From positions 90,001 through 122,000 of the forward strand of contig JAQTTP010000002.1 in assembly GCA_028710695.1 (NCBI GenBank): DNA of 32,000 bases. Reading direction: 5' to 3'. Shown piece after piece: positions 1-7,947 of this stretch (its first letter is position 1; each line of letters starts with the position of its first letter). Below the pieces are notes generated by a model that was not told the DNA's origin, did not search any database, and saw only the letters and a program-made list of their open reading frames with translations. The position numbers were made by a program, and so were the translations under genes. Origin of the DNA: Candidatus Iainarchaeum sp. GTDB taxonomy: Archaea; Iainarchaeota; Iainarchaeia; Iainarchaeales; 0-14-0-20-30-16.

Positions 1-1089
1 CAAAGAAAACAAATGTTGCATCTGCTTTGAAAGATATTTTATAAACTCTTTTCTCATCTCTTCCACAGGTTTCTTTGACAAGATAATAATTCCAAATCCA
101 ACTACCAAATATAACCAAAAAGAAAATAGCCTATCTATAATTACTACTGACAAAGCCAAAGTACTATCTATTCCTAATACGGATGACAAATATACAAAAG
201 ATAATTCATACGCACCCAAACCACCGGGAAGCATACTCACATTACCTATTATTTCACATAAAGACCATAAACCCAGAACTATAAAGAAATTTACTTCTAC
301 ACCAAACATTAAAAACACAAGATAAATCCTTAATGTGCAAATGAATATCTTCAAGACAGATAAAAAAAGGCTTAAGGAAATTGTCTTAAAAGAAATCATT
401 TCCATCTTTTTAATTTCTTTATAAAACAAGGAAAGAATATTTTTTAAAAAGTTAAAAACTACTGAATCAAAGAATTTAATTTTTATGTTAAATACTTTTA
501 TGAAATAATAACAAATTATTACAGAAACTACTGATAACAAAATAGCCAATACTATCAATACAATTCTATCCATTATTGATGGAAATGGCAAAAGAACCGA
601 AGAAATTAGCCCAATTGTCAAAACTGTAATAATATCAAATACATTTTCCATTGCAATGGAAAAAATTACTTGAGAATATTGTATCTTGTAATAATATTTC
701 AGAATAATAACCCTAAATGCCTCTCCCAAAGGCTTTGGAGGGATTCCCAAGGTTACTGCCAAACCACAGAGATAATAATATATTTGTTTTAAAGAATACT
801 TTTTTTCGTTGTACAAAGAGTATCGCAAAGATAAAACAAACAACTGCACAATAGATAACACAAAAAACAGCAATAAATAATAAACATTAATTTTTCCATA
901 ACTAAATATCTCAAAAAATCCGAATTTTGCAAATAAAAACAAAAATATTGCAATTACAACCAGGTACAAAAAAATATATTTTCTAAAATTAGTAAGAGAA
1001 TCTAATTTTTTTGCAAAGACAAAAAGTTTACTGTTGAAGTTTTCAATTATATTTTCAAGAGGCCTTTTGGTTTTTGGTTTGCGAATCAT
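1..1089 (-). CDS. Multi-pass membrane protein, lysylphosphatidylglycerol synthase TM / UPF0104 (AglD-like) family; 3' end is off the left edge
   Basis: Absent from the ORF track because it has no stop in the window. Reading the minus strand from ATG at 1089 gives MIRKPKTKRPLENIIENFNSKLFVFAKK...LSLRYSLYNEKKYSLKQIYYYLCGLAVTLGIPPKPLGEAFRVIILKYY...LPGGLGAYELSFVYLSSVLG..., open to base 1. Multiple TM helices and the P-GGLG-E segment fit the family. Confidence 0.75.
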   Translation of the reverse strand, partial: MIRKPKTKRPLENIIENFNSKLFVFAKKLDSLTNFRKYIFLYLVVIAIFLFLFAKFGFFEIFSYGKINVYYLLLFFVLSIVQLFVLSLRYSLYNEKKYSLKQIYYYLCGLAVTLGIPPKPLGEAFRVIILKYYYKIQYSQVIFSIAMENVFDIITVLTIGLISSVLLPFPSIMDRIVLIVLAILLSVVSVIICYYFIKVFNIKIKFFDSVVFNFLKNILSLFYKEIKKMEMISFKTISLSLFLSVLKIFICTLRIYLVFLMFGVEVNFFIVLGLWSLCEIIGNVSMLPGGLGAYELSFVYLSSVLGIDSTLALSVVIIDRLFSFWLYLVVGFGIIILSKKPVEEMRKEFIKYLSKQMQHLFSL

Positions 1090-1098
1090 AAAGATCAA

Positions 1099-2193
1099 TT
1101 AGAAAAACAAAAACTTCTTTTTAATTCCGCTTTCAATCATTTCAAAAGGGTATGGAGTTACACCACTAATTTTTCTCTTATTTAATCTAGCAACAAGTTT
1201 ATCCAATTTATGTTCTGACAAGGACTCCAGATCAGATCTTTTCTTTGCTTTTAATTCTAAATTGTTAAACAAAGAATCAAACAAAAAGTTTTGTCTATTG
1301 AAATTAAATTTATCTTTTGAACCATACTTGGTTTTCTTTATTGTGTTTCTCACTATTTCATAACCAATGTCAACACTTTTTAAGGATTCAAAAAAGTTTT
1401 CTCCAGAAAAGTTGTTAAATATTCCACCTGCGCTTCCCAGCAACAAGGCTTTATCTCCAACCAAAGTTTTCTTTCCGTTGTAGTTTCCTATTTCTTTATA
1501 TTTTATTTCGCCATCAATAGAATAATTATTTTTCAAAGCAAATTCATCTATACTATCTTTAGACATTTCAGAAGAAACAAAATATCCAGTTTTGCTATCT
1601 ATTGGGCAAACAAACCGATAAAGGCTTTTACATTCATTAGAAATAAAATAATCTATTACTTTAGGGTCAAACTTGCCTTTTAACTGACAATAAACCATTT
1701 TCTTTTTTGCCAAAGAATAATTAAATAACTTATCTCTTACGTTTGAATAAAGGCCATCACAACCAATAACAACATCTGCTTTTCTTAAAGTTCCTTTTCC
1801 TTTCTCTTCAAAAAATACATTGTTATTTGTTTTATTATAGTCAAAAAATCTTGCGGAATGAACTAAGTCTTTTCCTTTGTTTTGAAGTTTTTTATAAAGC
1901 AAATATTCAAAAGTGGACTTATCGTAAATAGAATACATCCCACGAGTGTCTATTTCTGCAATTTTCCCATAAGGGGAATGAAATCTAACCAAATCAACAT
2001 CATTAACAAGGGCGGAGTTACTTATTTTTTTAAGGTCATATTTTTCTAAAAAAGAGTTGTTTAGAACAACATAATCCCCTTGTTCTCCCAAGATATCTGG
2101 TTTTTTGTCAAAAACATGATAATCTAAAGAGAGCTCTGAGAGATAATTAGCGAACCTTAAGCCGGCAACATTAGCACCTATTATGTATATCAT
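1099..2193 (-). CDS. FAD-dependent oxidoreductase, geranylgeranyl-reductase-like
   Basis: N-terminal dinucleotide-binding beta-alpha-beta (MIYIIGANVAGLRFANYLSE..YHVFDKK), ADVVIGCDGLYSNVR and KALLLGSAGGIFNNFSGENFFESLKS motifs typical of GGR/PHBH-fold FAD enzymes. Confidence 0.7.
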   Translation of the reverse strand: MIYIIGANVAGLRFANYLSELSLDYHVFDKKPDILGEQGDYVVLNNSFLEKYDLKKISNSALVNDVDLVRFHSPYGKIAEIDTRGMYSIYDKSTFEYLLYKKLQNKGKDLVHSARFFDYNKTNNNVFFEEKGKGTLRKADVVIGCDGLYSNVRDKLFNYSLAKKKMVYCQLKGKFDPKVIDYFISNECKSLYRFVCPIDSKTGYFVSSEMSKDSIDEFALKNNYSIDGEIKYKEIGNYNGKKTLVGDKALLLGSAGGIFNNFSGENFFESLKSVDIGYEIVRNTIKKTKYGSKDKFNFNRQNFLFDSLFNNLELKAKKRSDLESLSEHKLDKLVARLNKRKISGVTPYPFEMIESGIKKKFLFF

Positions 2194-2259
2194 TGCTTAC
2201 CCCTTGTTATCTGTCCTGATATATATAAGGATATAGTTATTAAAATAGTTTTGGTTCTA

Positions 2260-2276
2260 GCCTTTTACGAAAAGGC
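2260..2276 (-). terminator. Hairpin GCCTTTT-loop-AAAAGGC downstream of the ABC ATPase stop
   Basis: + strand GCCTTTT ACG AAAAGGC, 7-bp perfect stem just 3' of the stop at 2287 and between genes. A near-identical core recurs at 7107-7126. Confidence 0.4.
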
Positions 2277-2286
2277 AAAGACTAAG

Positions 2287-2982
2287 CTATTTTCCCTTTA
2301 TATCACTTATCTTTCCATCACGGATGTGGTATATCTTATCTGCATACTTTGTAAGAGAAGGATCGTGAGTAACTATAACAAAAGTCTTCTTTTCTTTGTC
2401 TCTTAGCTTCAAAATAAGGTCTACTATGCTTTGCCCTGTCTTTGTATCTAAATTTCCAGTAGGCTCGTCCGCAAAGATTATTTCAGGGTCATTTATTAAT
2501 GCCCTAGCAATACTTACTCTTTGCCTTTCTCCTCCAGAAAGCTCTGCAGGCTTGTGCTTAAGCCTATGGCTCATCCCAACTGCTTTTAGAAGGGAAATCG
2601 CCCTTTGTGTTTTTTCTTCATTCTTTCCATCTGGGATTGTAGGAATTAGTACATTTTCCAAAACATTTAGGGTTGGGATCAAATTAAAGGATTGAAACAC
2701 AAATCCAAGATAATAACGTCTAAACACCGCCAAACTAAAGTCGTCTAATTCAGATATTTTTTTGCCTTTTATGTATACGTCACCAGTTGTTGGATGATCC
2801 AAAGCGCCCAAAATGTGGAGCAAAGTGGATTTTCCAGATCCTGATGGCCCAAGAATCATTATTATCTGAGACTTTTTCACATCTAGACTTACCCCATTAA
2901 GGGCATTTACTGTGGTCTCACCCAAGACATATGATTTAACCACATCTTTTGCTTGTATTATATTTTCCACCATAATCATCAC
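2287..2982 (-). CDS. ABC transporter ATP-binding protein, MacB/LolD type
   Basis: Walker A GPSGSGKST, signature LSGGERQRVSIARAL, Walker B IIFADEPTG, H-loop VIVTHD. It overlaps the start of the adjacent permease. Confidence 0.95.
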   Translation of the reverse strand: MMIMVENIIQAKDVVKSYVLGETTVNALNGVSLDVKKSQIIMILGPSGSGKSTLLHILGALDHPTTGDVYIKGKKISELDDFSLAVFRRYYLGFVFQSFNLIPTLNVLENVLIPTIPDGKNEEKTQRAISLLKAVGMSHRLKHKPAELSGGERQRVSIARALINDPEIIFADEPTGNLDTKTGQSIVDLILKLRDKEKKTFVIVTHDPSLTKYADKIYHIRDGKISDIKGK

Positions 2983-4124
2983 TCATCTCTCAATGCTTCA
3001 ACAGGATCCATTTTTGAGGCCTTTACTGCGGGATATATTCCGCCAACAAGGCCAATAAATATTCCAAAAGCAAATATCTCAAAAATTAAGGTCAAAGATA
3101 TTACTGTGTCTATTCCAATAACAAATCCAAGTAATTTACTTATTATTGTTCCAATTATCAATGCAATTATACTTCCAACAATTGACAAAAACACAGATTC
3201 TAAAATTATCATAAAAATTATATTCTTTTTTGTCCAACCAACTGCTTTTAAGGTTCCAAGTTCCCTTGTCCTTTCCATTACAGACATTAGCATTGTATTT
3301 ATTATTCCAATTGCTGCAACAAAAGCAGAAATCAAAGAAACAAATACTGCAATAAGTCGCAAATTCAAAAGCAAACTATTTACTTGTTCCATCATTTCTT
3401 CTTGTCCTTGCGCTTTTAACTCATCATAACTAAATTCTATTTTTTTAGAAATTTGTGTTGCATCCGCGCCCGCATCAGGAATCACATAAAAAGAATTTAC
3501 TTTGCCTTTTTTGTAAGGATAATTTTCTCTAAAATCGTCAACAGGCATTATAATTGCATTTACTGGAAATGAAGAATTAGCTTCGTATATTCCAATAACT
3601 TCAAACTTTGCAGATCCAACTTTTAAACTATCGCCAAGGCCTTTAAGATATTGCTCTGAAATATCTTTTGATATCATTACTACTCCATTATCCCCAGATT
3701 TTAAGCCCCTGCCTTTGTAAATTGCATCAATAAAAGCACTATAACTACTGTTTTCAAATTGGCCTGGATCTATAGCATAAATATATGGCTGGTCAAACAT
3801 AGAGCCACCGACAGCTTTATTTTGAATCTCAGTAACAAAATAATACTGTTCTGGAACAACTTCTTTTACACCTTGAATTTTGCTTAATTTTTGTTCATAA
3901 CCTTCATCAATAGAACTAAATACCTGGTCCACTGCAGATTCTTGAGATACAATAATGCCCTGCATTTTTCCAATAGTACTTTGTGCTTCGTTATTTATTC
4001 CATCAACAAAAGAAATCAATACCAATAATAAACAAAGACCAATTGCAATTCCCAAAAAAGTTAATATACTTCTGCTTTTTCTTCGGAATATATTAAGAAA
4101 TGCGGACTTAGCAATCTCAAACAT
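2979..4124 (-). CDS. ABC transporter permease, MacB/FtsX family
   Basis: N-terminal TM (SRSILTFLGIAIGLCLLL), large extracytoplasmic domain, C-terminal three-TM FtsX-like region with INTMLMSVMERTRELGTLKAVGWTKKNI and GGIYPAVKASKMDPVEALRDE. Confidence 0.93.
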   Translation of the reverse strand: MFEIAKSAFLNIFRRKSRSILTFLGIAIGLCLLLVLISFVDGINNEAQSTIGKMQGIIVSQESAVDQVFSSIDEGYEQKLSKIQGVKEVVPEQYYFVTEIQNKAVGGSMFDQPYIYAIDPGQFENSSYSAFIDAIYKGRGLKSGDNGVVMISKDISEQYLKGLGDSLKVGSAKFEVIGIYEANSSFPVNAIIMPVDDFRENYPYKKGKVNSFYVIPDAGADATQISKKIEFSYDELKAQGQEEMMEQVNSLLLNLRLIAVFVSLISAFVAAIGIINTMLMSVMERTRELGTLKAVGWTKKNIIFMIILESVFLSIVGSIIALIIGTIISKLLGFVIGIDTVISLTLIFEIFAFGIFIGLVGGIYPAVKASKMDPVEALRDE

Positions 4125-4125
4125 C

Positions 4126-5274
4126 TTAATTACCCCTCAAAGCTTCAACTGGATCCATTTTCGATGCAACTATTGCGGGATATATTCCACCCAAAATCCC
4201 CAAAACAAATGCAAACAAAAAACATTGTATTACTAATGAAAAAGTTACTGCAGTATTAATTGCAAAAAAATATTCAAACAAAGCACTTCCGACAATACCA
4301 ATAACTATTCCCAAGATGCCCCCAAATATACCAATTATTGCAGATTCGAAAACAACTGAATAAATTATATTTGCCTTACTCCAACCAACTGCTTTCAAAG
4401 TCCCAATTTCTTTTATTCTTTCCATTACTGACATCAGCATTGTATTTACAACACCCAACCCAGCAATTATTGCAGCAATAAGTGTAACAACAATAACTAA
4501 ATATCTTAAATAATCTAAAAAAGAGCCAACGGTTTTCATTCTTTCTTGTTGCCCAACTGCTTTCAATTCCTCATATTTGAATTCAATTTTTTCAGCAATT
4601 GCATCAGATTCAGAAGGATCTACAGTAATAACATTAAAAAGATTTGTTTTATCCATTGCAATTCCATAGCTTTCTCTTGCACCATCTAAAGAAATTAAAA
4701 TTTGTTTTTCAAGAGTGCTTGTTTCTGCTTTAAAAATGCCTTTTATCTTAAACTCCTTGCCATCCAAATCTATTTTTGAGCCAATAGATTTTTTATAATC
4801 TTCTGCAAGCACAGTAGATATCAACACATAATCTTTATCTGAGCTTTTCAACAGTTGCCCAGAAATTAAATTTTCTTTAACTGTATTGTAAATCAATTCG
4901 TCATAATTTTCTGGATCTAGACCAATAACAGAATAACTACTTTGCGGCCCAGTTGCAACTGTTTTTTTATTATCAATAGTTCCCACAATTTGCAAAATCT
5001 GCGGTATTGCAACTTTTACACCTTGGACACTTTCTAATTTCATTTTATAGGACATGCTCATTTCGCTTGCAAAAGGAGCTAAAGCATCCGCACTAAAAAC
5101 AGTAATTCCCTGCATTTTTCCCAAAGTTGCAAAAGATTCCTCATATAAGCCATCAACAACAGAAACAAGAATAATTAAAGAGGCAATTCCCACAATAATT
5201 CCAAGAAGAGCCAATGCAGTCCTCTTTTTTCTACGAAATATATTTAGAAATGCAACCTTAATTAAATTATACAT
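4126..5274 (-). CDS. ABC transporter permease, MacB/FtsX family (tandem paralogue of the downstream gene)
   Basis: Same architecture as 2979..4124: KRTALALLGIIVGIASLI, VNTMLMSVMERIKEIGTLKAVGWSKANI, GGIYPAIVASKMDPVEALRGN. Confidence 0.93.
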   Translation of the reverse strand: MYNLIKVAFLNIFRRKKRTALALLGIIVGIASLIILVSVVDGLYEESFATLGKMQGITVFSADALAPFASEMSMSYKMKLESVQGVKVAIPQILQIVGTIDNKKTVATGPQSSYSVIGLDPENYDELIYNTVKENLISGQLLKSSDKDYVLISTVLAEDYKKSIGSKIDLDGKEFKIKGIFKAETSTLEKQILISLDGARESYGIAMDKTNLFNVITVDPSESDAIAEKIEFKYEELKAVGQQERMKTVGSFLDYLRYLVIVVTLIAAIIAGLGVVNTMLMSVMERIKEIGTLKAVGWSKANIIYSVVFESAIIGIFGGILGIVIGIVGSALFEYFFAINTAVTFSLVIQCFLFAFVLGILGGIYPAIVASKMDPVEALRGN

Positions 5275-5275
5275 T

Positions 5276-6487
5276 CTAATTACCTTTCAAAGACCGCAAC
5301 TCTTTCTTTTTTGTTTTATTTTTTTTGTAGAAATATATTCCAACTCCAATTCCAATTATTATAATAATATAAACCAACCAAGCAAAAGAAATATCTTTTT
5401 TCACAATAAATAATGGGACTTCTTTTGTAAAGGTATATTCCTTGTCATATTGATCTAAATAGGAAATTTCCACGTTTATTTTTTGGGTCCCTGTTTCAGC
5501 ATTACTTAAAACATGCAAGTCAAAAATCCCTGAACTAGAATCATCTTCTTCTAATGAACCAACATAGGCAATATCAATTCCTTCGACTACTTGATTTTCC
5601 AATATTTTCATAGATGCGGATTTTATTGTAGACTTAGAAATATTTTCCAATTGTATGGACAAAGAAAAGTAACCATCTTGTTTAAGTTTTGTTTCTCCAG
5701 TACTTAGAGATTTATCAATTGATGAAATTATTACAGTTGGCTTGTCTTCTACAATAAATGATACTGTCTCTACATCGCTTATTGATCCTACTGCGTTAGC
5801 ATTTAAATCAACATCAAATAATGCAGGAGTTGCATTTTTTGAAATTAAAAAAGTAAAAATTACATCTTTTGTTTGACCTGGATCTAAATCCCCCAAAAAC
5901 TTTGACTTTTCGTCAAGAGCAATTAATTTATTTGTTCCAAAATCTGCCTCAACTTTAATTCCTTTCAAGGTATTATTTCCTTCGTTTTTTACATATCCTT
6001 TTAGTTCAACCTTTTCATCAAGATATTTTTTATCCAAAGGATATTCAGTTAGAACCAAATTTATTTTATCATAGTTTGAAACATTAATTGTTGTTTGGGT
6101 GTTAATAGTATACTTTTCTAGGCCATCTCTAAGATATTCAATTTTTACTGGTATTGAATAATAGCCCCCCTTTACAGAATCCTTAACTTTAAACCTCAAT
6201 GCAAAGTTTCCAGTCTGACTAAACTTAATTACATCTAAATGATCAAGGCCAGTAATTATTTCAAAATCATTACTAGTGGGCACAAGACTTACATTTACAT
6301 CTTCTGCATCAACAGTGCTAGAAATGTTCTCTAATGTTATATTAATGCTAGCTTCACTATTCGGGTATATTGTTGTTGGATAAGAATTAGTGGAATCAAC
6401 CTCAAGAATATAGGCATAATTCGAAGTCGCAGAGAATCCAAAACTCGCCAAAAGCAATACAAAAAATAAAATCAAGAATTTTTTCAT
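5276..6487 (-). CDS. Secreted/membrane-anchored protein with repeated CARDB/NEW3-like beta domains and a C-terminal TM
   Basis: Signal peptide MKKFLILFFVLLLASFGFSATS from ATG at 6487. Repeats such as NVTLENISSTVDAEDVNVSL, KGYVKNEGNNTLKGIKVEADF and FLISKNATPALFDVDLN; ends ISFAWLVYIIIIIGIGVGIYFYKKNKTKKK. Start trimmed from ORF start 6577. Confidence 0.8.
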   Translation of the reverse strand: MKKFLILFFVLLLASFGFSATSNYAYILEVDSTNSYPTTIYPNSEASINITLENISSTVDAEDVNVSLVPTSNDFEIITGLDHLDVIKFSQTGNFALRFKVKDSVKGGYYSIPVKIEYLRDGLEKYTINTQTTINVSNYDKINLVLTEYPLDKKYLDEKVELKGYVKNEGNNTLKGIKVEADFGTNKLIALDEKSKFLGDLDPGQTKDVIFTFLISKNATPALFDVDLNANAVGSISDVETVSFIVEDKPTVIISSIDKSLSTGETKLKQDGYFSLSIQLENISKSTIKSASMKILENQVVEGIDIAYVGSLEEDDSSSGIFDLHVLSNAETGTQKINVEISYLDQYDKEYTFTKEVPLFIVKKDISFAWLVYIIIIIGIGVGIYFYKKNKTKKKELRSLKGN

Positions 6488-6527
6488 TAATAAGCCCCCA
6501 ATTAATATTATATAAGTATAGTCAGGA

Positions 6528-6545
6528 GCCTTTATATATTTTGTT
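6528..6545 (-). promoter_or_regulatory. Archaeal TATA-like promoter for the CARDB-like gene
   Basis: Minus strand AAAACAAAATATATAAAGG, about 45 nt upstream of the ATG at 6487. Confidence 0.45.
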
Positions 6546-6750
6546 TTTATGTGCAGCACATAAGGCAATAATAACAATAGTCAGACAAAAAACAATAAAA
6601 AATTGCTTTGTGGCATTTATGCCACTGTTTTTCTTTTGGAAGACTGCAGCTTTTCCAAGAATCTTTTTTGCAAAGCAAAAAAATTCAGGGGCTAAAGCAG
6701 TTTGTGAAACAAACTGGCTTTTTCCTTTTCCAAAAAAGAAAAGCTTGGTA

Positions 6751-6822
6751 AGCAGGAGATGGGAGTTGAACCCACAATCGCCCGGTCTGCAGCCGGAAGC
6801 ATTACCATTCTGCTACTCCTGC
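6751..6822 (-). tRNA. tRNA-Cys (GCA)
   Basis: Full cloverleaf read by hand on the minus strand: GCAGGAG/CTCCTGC acceptor, D-arm GCAGAATGGTAATGC, anticodon arm TCCGG-CTGCAGA-CCGGG, T-arm GTGGG-TTCAACT-CCCAT, discriminator T; 72 nt. Confidence 0.93.
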
Positions 6823-6850
6823 CCCGAGAACAAACTTTCCCGTTAGAGTT

Positions 6851-6880
6851 GTATGTTGAACCAAAGGTTCAAGCATACTT
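6851..6880. repeat. 30-bp hairpin-forming repeat, copy 1 (identical to 7141..7170)
   Basis: GTATGTTGAACCAAAGGTTCAAGCATACTT. Arms TTGAACC/GGTTCAA extend to GTATG/CATAC with one bulge. Confidence 0.85.
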
Positions 6881-6938
6881 GCTTTTTTTTATAAGACTGC
6901 GACATTTATGTCGCCAGAGTTTTCTTTGGGAGGCTGTA

Positions 6939-6960
6939 GCTTTCTTTTACAAAAGAAAGC
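6939..6960 (-). terminator. Perfect 10-bp hairpin just 3' of the intron-containing tRNA
   Basis: GCTTTCTTTT-AC-AAAAGAAAGC, 5 nt beyond the tRNA 3' end on the minus strand. Confidence 0.4.
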
Positions 6961-6964
6961 TTAG

Positions 6965-7104
6965 TGCCAAGGGGGAGACTTGAACTCCCGTCCTCCAGAT
7001 TTCTCTCCGAAATCTGGTTAAATCATCGCTTGCAAAGCAAGCTCATAATTCATAACCACGAATAGTTATGAGTCTGGCGCTCCAACCAACTGAGCTACCT
7101 TGGC
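6965..7104 (-). tRNA. tRNA with CAT anticodon (elongator Met, or tRNA-Ile2), interrupted by a 66-nt candidate intron
   Basis: Exon 1 (7104..7067) GCCAAGGTAGCTCAGTTGGTTGGAGCGCCAGACTCATA; exon 2 (7000..6965) ATCTGGAGGACGGGAGTTCAAGTCTCCCCCTTGGCA. Joined: acceptor GCCAAGG/CCTTGGC, anticodon stem CCAGA/TCTGG with loop CTCATAA, T-arm GGGAG-TTCAAGT-CTCCC. Candidate intron 7001..7066 sits at canonical position 37/38. Confidence 0.85.
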
Positions 7105-7106
7105 CC

Positions 7107-7126
7107 TAGCCTTTTACAAAAGGCTA
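7107..7126. repeat. 9-bp perfect hairpin (TAGCCTTTT-AC-AAAAGGCTA) adjoining the tRNA 5' end
   Basis: Direct reading; shares TAGCCTTTTAC-AAAAGGC with 2259..2276. Confidence 0.6.
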
Positions 7127-7140
7127 AGTTTGCCAAAAGT

Positions 7141-7170
7141 GTATGTTGAACCAAAGGTTCAAGCATACTT
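7141..7170. repeat. 30-bp hairpin-forming repeat, copy 2
   Basis: Identical to 6851..6880. Confidence 0.85.
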
Positions 7171-7272
7171 AATTTTATTTAGCAAAACTGAGCCAGACTT
7201 GTAAAATTCTCATGTACAAGGATATATTCCTATCTTTAACCTTTTTTAGATAAGAAAGACTTATATTCTATT

Positions 7273-7947
7273 CTATTCCTCTAAGGCGTTATAATCATAA
7301 AGAAATTTGTTCATTCCATCCAAAATGTCTTGTTCATAAATTGTTTTTTCATTTATTACTATTCCGGGAATATAATTTACGTCATAAAACTCTAAAATAT
7401 TATCCACTGCACTAATTCCTACCTCAGAAGGAATACTAAAAATCCAAACCTTATCGCCATATTTGTCTTTAATATCTTGTATCGCTGTTTCTAAAGGAGC
7501 ACATTCATTACAGTTATAAGGATAAAAATACAAAATATAGTTTTTCACATACTGCGGACAAATAGAATTAAACTTCTTAAGCCTCAACCACAAATCTAAA
7601 TTATTGTACACATATTCTTTTTGTAATTTTTTTACTTCTTCTAAATTATCTTTGTCATCAGCAGCCAGATTAACTTTCTTTCCCAAATCATACAAAAAAT
7701 CTGACAACCCAATTAGCTGGTTCTCCATTAAATCACAAGAATTGGCATCAACCATAGTATCATAAAAATTCATAGTTATTTTTAGATCTGTACTTTTATT
7801 GTAAATATCCAAAATATCATCATTCAAATCTGTTTTTTTCCAATCATAAACAAGATTTGCAAAAAGCAATGCAAAAAACATTACAGCAAAGGTAAATGCC
7901 AGAGCTTTATAAAATATTTTTTTCTTTCCGTTGTCCATTATCTCCAC
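7273..7947 (-). CDS. Membrane-anchored thioredoxin-fold protein
   Basis: N-terminal TM (ALAFTFAVMFFALLFANLVY), then FYPYNCNECAPLETAIQDIKDKYGDKVWIFSIP...ILEFYDVNYIPGIVINEKTI: a CxxC after a beta strand and a conserved YIPG cis-Pro region. Confidence 0.75.
   Translation of the reverse strand: MEIMDNGKKKIFYKALAFTFAVMFFALLFANLVYDWKKTDLNDDILDIYNKSTDLKITMNFYDTMVDANSCDLMENQLIGLSDFLYDLGKKVNLAADDKDNLEEVKKLQKEYVYNNLDLWLRLKKFNSICPQYVKNYILYFYPYNCNECAPLETAIQDIKDKYGDKVWIFSIPSEVGISAVDNILEFYDVNYIPGIVINEKTIYEQDILDGMNKFLYDYNALEE

Noticed and set aside
2396-5413. Plus-strand ORFs 2396..2695, 2953..3429, 3955..4236 and 5054..5413
   Set aside because: Antisense to well-supported ABC transporter genes; low-complexity translations with no motifs.
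6541-6983. Plus-strand ORFs 6541..6846 and 6759..6983
   Set aside because: They run antisense across the tRNA-Cys gene (translation MGVEPTIARSAAGSITILLLLPRE is a typical spurious tRNA-antisense ORF) and the hairpin cluster.
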